Assembly (NCBI GenBank): GCA_030324005.1
Contig: JARDVH010000163.1
Coordinates: 117,770,851-117,834,850 of the forward strand
Direction: 5' to 3'
DNA from: Negaprion brevirostris
Lineage: Eukaryota
DNA length: 64,000 nucleotides
The notes under the pieces are model-generated. The model saw only the letters and a program-made list of their open reading frames with translations. It did no database searches and was not told where the DNA came from. The position numbers and the translations under genes are program-made. Position 1 is the stretch's first letter. Every line of letters starts with the position of its first letter. Of the stretch, positions 60,206-64,000 are shown one piece after another.

Positions 60206-62227
60206 ACCACTCTGGCTCCTTGTATGCTCTTTTCCCTACAAATGACCAATGTATTTTTTGACTATGTAATGTTCTTGCATTTTGTTCCTAAATCCCCCTC
60301 ACCACTTTTAAACCTATCTCTTAAATAATATTTTGGTCACCCTTTATACTAGCACCTTTGACTCAACCATAATACATCTCTGAAGTTTCTTGGGCACTTT
60401 GACATTAAATGGTGCTCTATAAATACAAATCGTTGGACCTTAGGATTGAAAAGTCCATTATTCCTAACTGATCTCTTCAGTTTGGATTTTATAAGGAACA
60501 CTTAAAAATCATATGAGTATATATTGTGTTATTCCTACAAAACTGTACAAATATCTGATTTGGTACATGATTATCCAGCAACCTGTGCTGCTACTTTAGT
60601 ACCTATTCTGTTGATTGATTTTTATTTTACTTTGGAATTCTGCTCATCTCCCTATTTTCTCACCCCTTCCATTATTTTGGGCATACTTGTGGGAGAGCTT
60701 TCATAGGAAAAAATGTTCAGTTTATACATCGGCACACATGCTGTTTTTATTCTTCCTTGCCCTTCCACATAGGTTTCTGTCCAAGCAGTCCACAAATACT
60801 TGTAAGTAGAAATTTCCCACGGACATGTGTTCCCATGCCAACACAACACCTCAAGGACCATTGGGAATGGTAACAAATGCTGATCATAAACAAATAAAAA
60901 ATAAAACGTACTGCTCAGTAATGAACACTTACTGAGAACAGAAAACTTGATACCAAATGTCAAACGATTGTTTAAAAAGCTGGTGTAACAAAAATGTTCC
61001 ATTTATTATACAAAATAAGGCATATATAAATTATATCCAGCTGCTTTTTAGTAAATGCCTGCTTTCATAGTTCACTGGTGTTTCAGCCAACATGTCTTTT
61101 ACTTCCATTTATTACACATATAACTGCAATTTTGAAGATAACTGATGATCAGATGTATTGTTCAATAACTTTAAAGTTTGGAATTAAATGCACAGTGCAA
61201 ATATTGATAAAAGATTTAAAATGATTGGCATGTTAGCCATCAATGAGTCTCCAGTGGTAGAATCTGAAATTTAACCCCACTGGAGTAAAATTATCTGTAC
61301 TAAAATTTACAATTAAATTGCTAGTATTTTAAAGGATAACTTTTTAAAAGTATTGTTGTTAATTAACTCTTGGTCTATTACAATTCTGAAACCACACTTT
61401 ATTTAAGAACAAATACCATTTGACCTCATAATAGGTACAAAATTGTACTATATGATTACAGGTCATTACTATGTGCAATACAGAACCTACAATAGCTTCT
61501 CAGACTTTTCTTATGAAAGATTACAAATTTTATCTATGGTGCAGTCACCAGTCTTGTTCAAATGTCCTTGCTGCATGTTGGTAATAAGTGCAGTAGCTAG
61601 TTACTGAACTGTAACAAGATTGATGTTTTTAAACTTAAATTCCATGTCTATGTAAATGTATAGGTCTTTATTTTGTTAAATCAAAGCATCAAAAGAGGTT
61701 TGTTGAACAATTGGTTTTGAAAGTTAGAAGGTCTTTATTGTAAATTAATTGTTCAGCAAATGGGTACTGGTTTGATCAGGCCAATCTTTATGGAGAGATT
61801 ATGAATGAACTTCAATATTTTGCACCATCTCAGAACATTGGACTCTTGTAATATTACAGGTGTAAGAAGAGAAAATGCACAGCAGGTCAATCAGCATCCA
61901 AGCAATGGCTGGACATTTTGAATTGGCTGTCACCTGAGTTCCTATTCTCTTAATGGGCATCCTCACACAATAATCTATGTAATGTTTTGGTCAGCTATGC
62001 ATTTTCTGAACTTTCCATCTTCATCATTTATGGTATTTCAAATTTAACTATATAATACTCCTGGCTAGTTCCAAAATCTAGGCTGCTTTAACATAGTGTC
62101 TTACATACACCTGTCAGTTTTGAACGAATAAAATAGCCAAAATCACATTGATAGACAATTAATGTAGATACCTACAGCAATTCTCAAACTACTATATAGA
62201 ATTCATCATGCTGGTTCAATAAGACAT

Positions 62228-62576
62228 CTACAATGGTTTCCTCTTTTTCTTACTATTTAACTTGGTTTTCAGGCGTCTTTTTTGTTTTTTAATGCTGTTC
62301 AGCTGAGCTGGGCTTCCAGTATTGAGAACCTCTTCCTGTCGTTTGACACTTGAGGGAACCGAGTGTTGTGCAAAATCACTTTGTTTAAACCCAGGGGTGC
62401 CAATCACTCCAGTTTCTGCATCCCAAATGAACCCAGTCACTCGGATAAGGTACTTGTAGCTGGTGTACGACCATCCTGGGCAATGAACATCCGGTCTATT
62501 TGTTCTCACTATTGTGTAGTTGCAGCCAACACGGATCCTTTCACATCCAATTGGCCAAGCTGAAGGCCTCATTGGT
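62228..62576 (-). CDS. Probable last coding exon of an unidentified gene convergent with NISCH (PMRPSAWPIGCERIRVGC...WSYTSYKYLIRVTGFIWD...KKKRKPL*)
   Basis: On the - strand: TACTAAT branch point and TTATTCACCACAG acceptor directly before a 115-codon open frame ending in TAG; non-repetitive Trp/Cys-rich peptide with a basic tail; AT-rich 3' region with several AATAAA (e.g. 61002-61007). Confidence 0.75.
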
Positions 62577-62842
62577 CTGTGGTGAATAACAAATTAGTAA
62601 ATTATTATAGGAGGAAACTGCAAATTACATGTTTTAGTCCTGGAGAGTGGAGTGTAATTTTAAAATGTTTAAGTGGCATTAGAAACCCTCAATCTAATAC
62701 CAGATTTTAAAAAATGAATAACTGCATAAATGTAGTAATTGTTCAGAGAATATTGATTCATCAATATCTTGACTGAGGTATTGTGCAAATGCTTAGTTTC
62801 AAACTTAAAGCAATTAGATATTGACAACGTACAGAAAATAGT

Positions 62843-63100
62843 AGGGGCAGCATGATGGCACAGTGGTTAGCACTGTTGCCTCAGTACAAGGGAGCCAGGT
62901 TCAATTCCAGCCTTTTGTAATTGTGAGGAGTTTGCATGTTCTCCCTATGTCTATGTGGGTTTCCTCTAGATGCTCCAGTTTCGTACCACAGTCCAAAGAT
63001 GTGCGGGTTGGATTGATTGGCCATACTATCTTGACCCAAGTGGCAAGGGGATCAGCAGGGTAAATGTGTGGGGTTATGGGTGGGATGTGGTTGGTACAAT
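62843..63100 (+). mobile_element. V-type SINE
   Basis: GGCACAGTGGTTAGCACTGTTGCCTCA head; CCACAGTCCAAAGATGTGC core. Confidence 0.75.
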
Positions 63101-63299
63101 CTAACCCAATTTTTCATCAAGGACATTTGCAATGACAAGTGAAGATATGCATGCTACACACAATAAACAATCATGGAGAAATGTATAAGTGTATGAATTG
63201 TAACACAGGACAGTATTCAAAGCTTTGCAGCTCTTGTGATGTTAGCTGTTAAATTGGATTCATTGGATGGTGAATATATATAACTTACATAACATTGTC

Positions 63300-63690
63300 A
63301 ATTATTGAAGTGCTTCAAAATAACATTATAAAACAAAATGTAACACTGAGTCACATAAGGCGCTATCAAATCTTAATATTAAAATTTAGAGAGTGCCTTA
63401 AAGGAAGAAAGTGAAGTAGATGGATGTAGGGAGAAATCCAAAGCTTTGCTTCTCAGCAACTGAAAGTGACCACCAATCATGGAATGATTAAAATCGGGGA
63501 TGCACAAGAGGCCAGAATTGGATGAGTGCAGTTATCTGAGTAGTGAGATGCTGGAGGAGATTAGAGCTAGGGAGGAGCATGATCAAAGGGATTTGAAAAT
63601 GAGGAGACTTTTGATATGGGATATGGTGCGTATTAAAAACATAGGTGGTAAACTTTTGGATGACTAATTTTATGGAAGGCAGAATTGTGA
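63300..63690 (-). mobile_element. L2-like LINE fragment
   Basis: Similar to 28560-28830 (GTGCCTTAAAGGAAGAAAG...GGATGCACAAGAGGCCAGAATT). Confidence 0.5.
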
Positions 63691-64000
63691 TATACAGGGC
63701 TGAATTTTCAGTTGGCTATGGAAGTCTATTTTGGTGTGTGAATGGCCACACTGATTCTTTGGAGAAATTCTGATTTTCTTCTACATTCTGGATCCTGTGC
63801 TATTTTCCTTTCACCTTTTGCAGATTGGGGATGCCTTGTATGCAAAATGTACACCCACCCCCTTTGAAAATGTGTCCCAATTTTAAATGGAGGCTGGAAA
63901 TCCCATTTCCTCCACACCATTTCCACCTGGTACTCTGGGTGTTTAGAAGCCCATTGCCAAGCTTGAAAGTTTGTGAAGAAAATGGAAAACCTGCTAGGAG

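Noticed and set aside
1-64000. CRISPR arrays, operons or other prokaryotic systems
   Set aside because: The sequence is a spliced vertebrate locus; no regularly spaced repeat-spacer array was seen.

Overview
Vertebrate genomic DNA from a gapped draft assembly. The repeat content (V-type tRNA SINEs, a Deu-domain SINE, CR1/L2/Rex1/RTE/Penelope fragments) suggests a cartilaginous fish such as a shark; this is inference. The window holds one nearly complete gene, nischarin (NISCH), on the + strand: a CpG-rich promoter near 5.6 kb, ATG at 5776, 20 visible coding exons with consistent phases (4176 nt including stop, 1391 aa) and TAA at 54335-54337. One conserved exon (exon 20) is not visible and probably lies in the N-gap 51740-52558. 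An unidentified convergent gene contributes a probable last coding exon at 62576-62228 (-). Main oddities: a 41-bp tandem duplication of the NISCH exon 9 acceptor that creates a frameshifting acceptor; a GC-AG intron; a strong-context uORF overlapping a YY1 motif; a cluster of signals at the start of intron 13; a TSD-flanked inverted Penelope-type mini-element with an intact minimal hammerhead ribozyme core; a Copia remnant with a tRNA-iMet primer-binding site; a solo LTR nested in a CR1; and a SINE-like element made of the head and tail of a co-resident LINE. Repeat boundaries are approximate, and family and ortholog assignments come from recalled sequences, not database searches.
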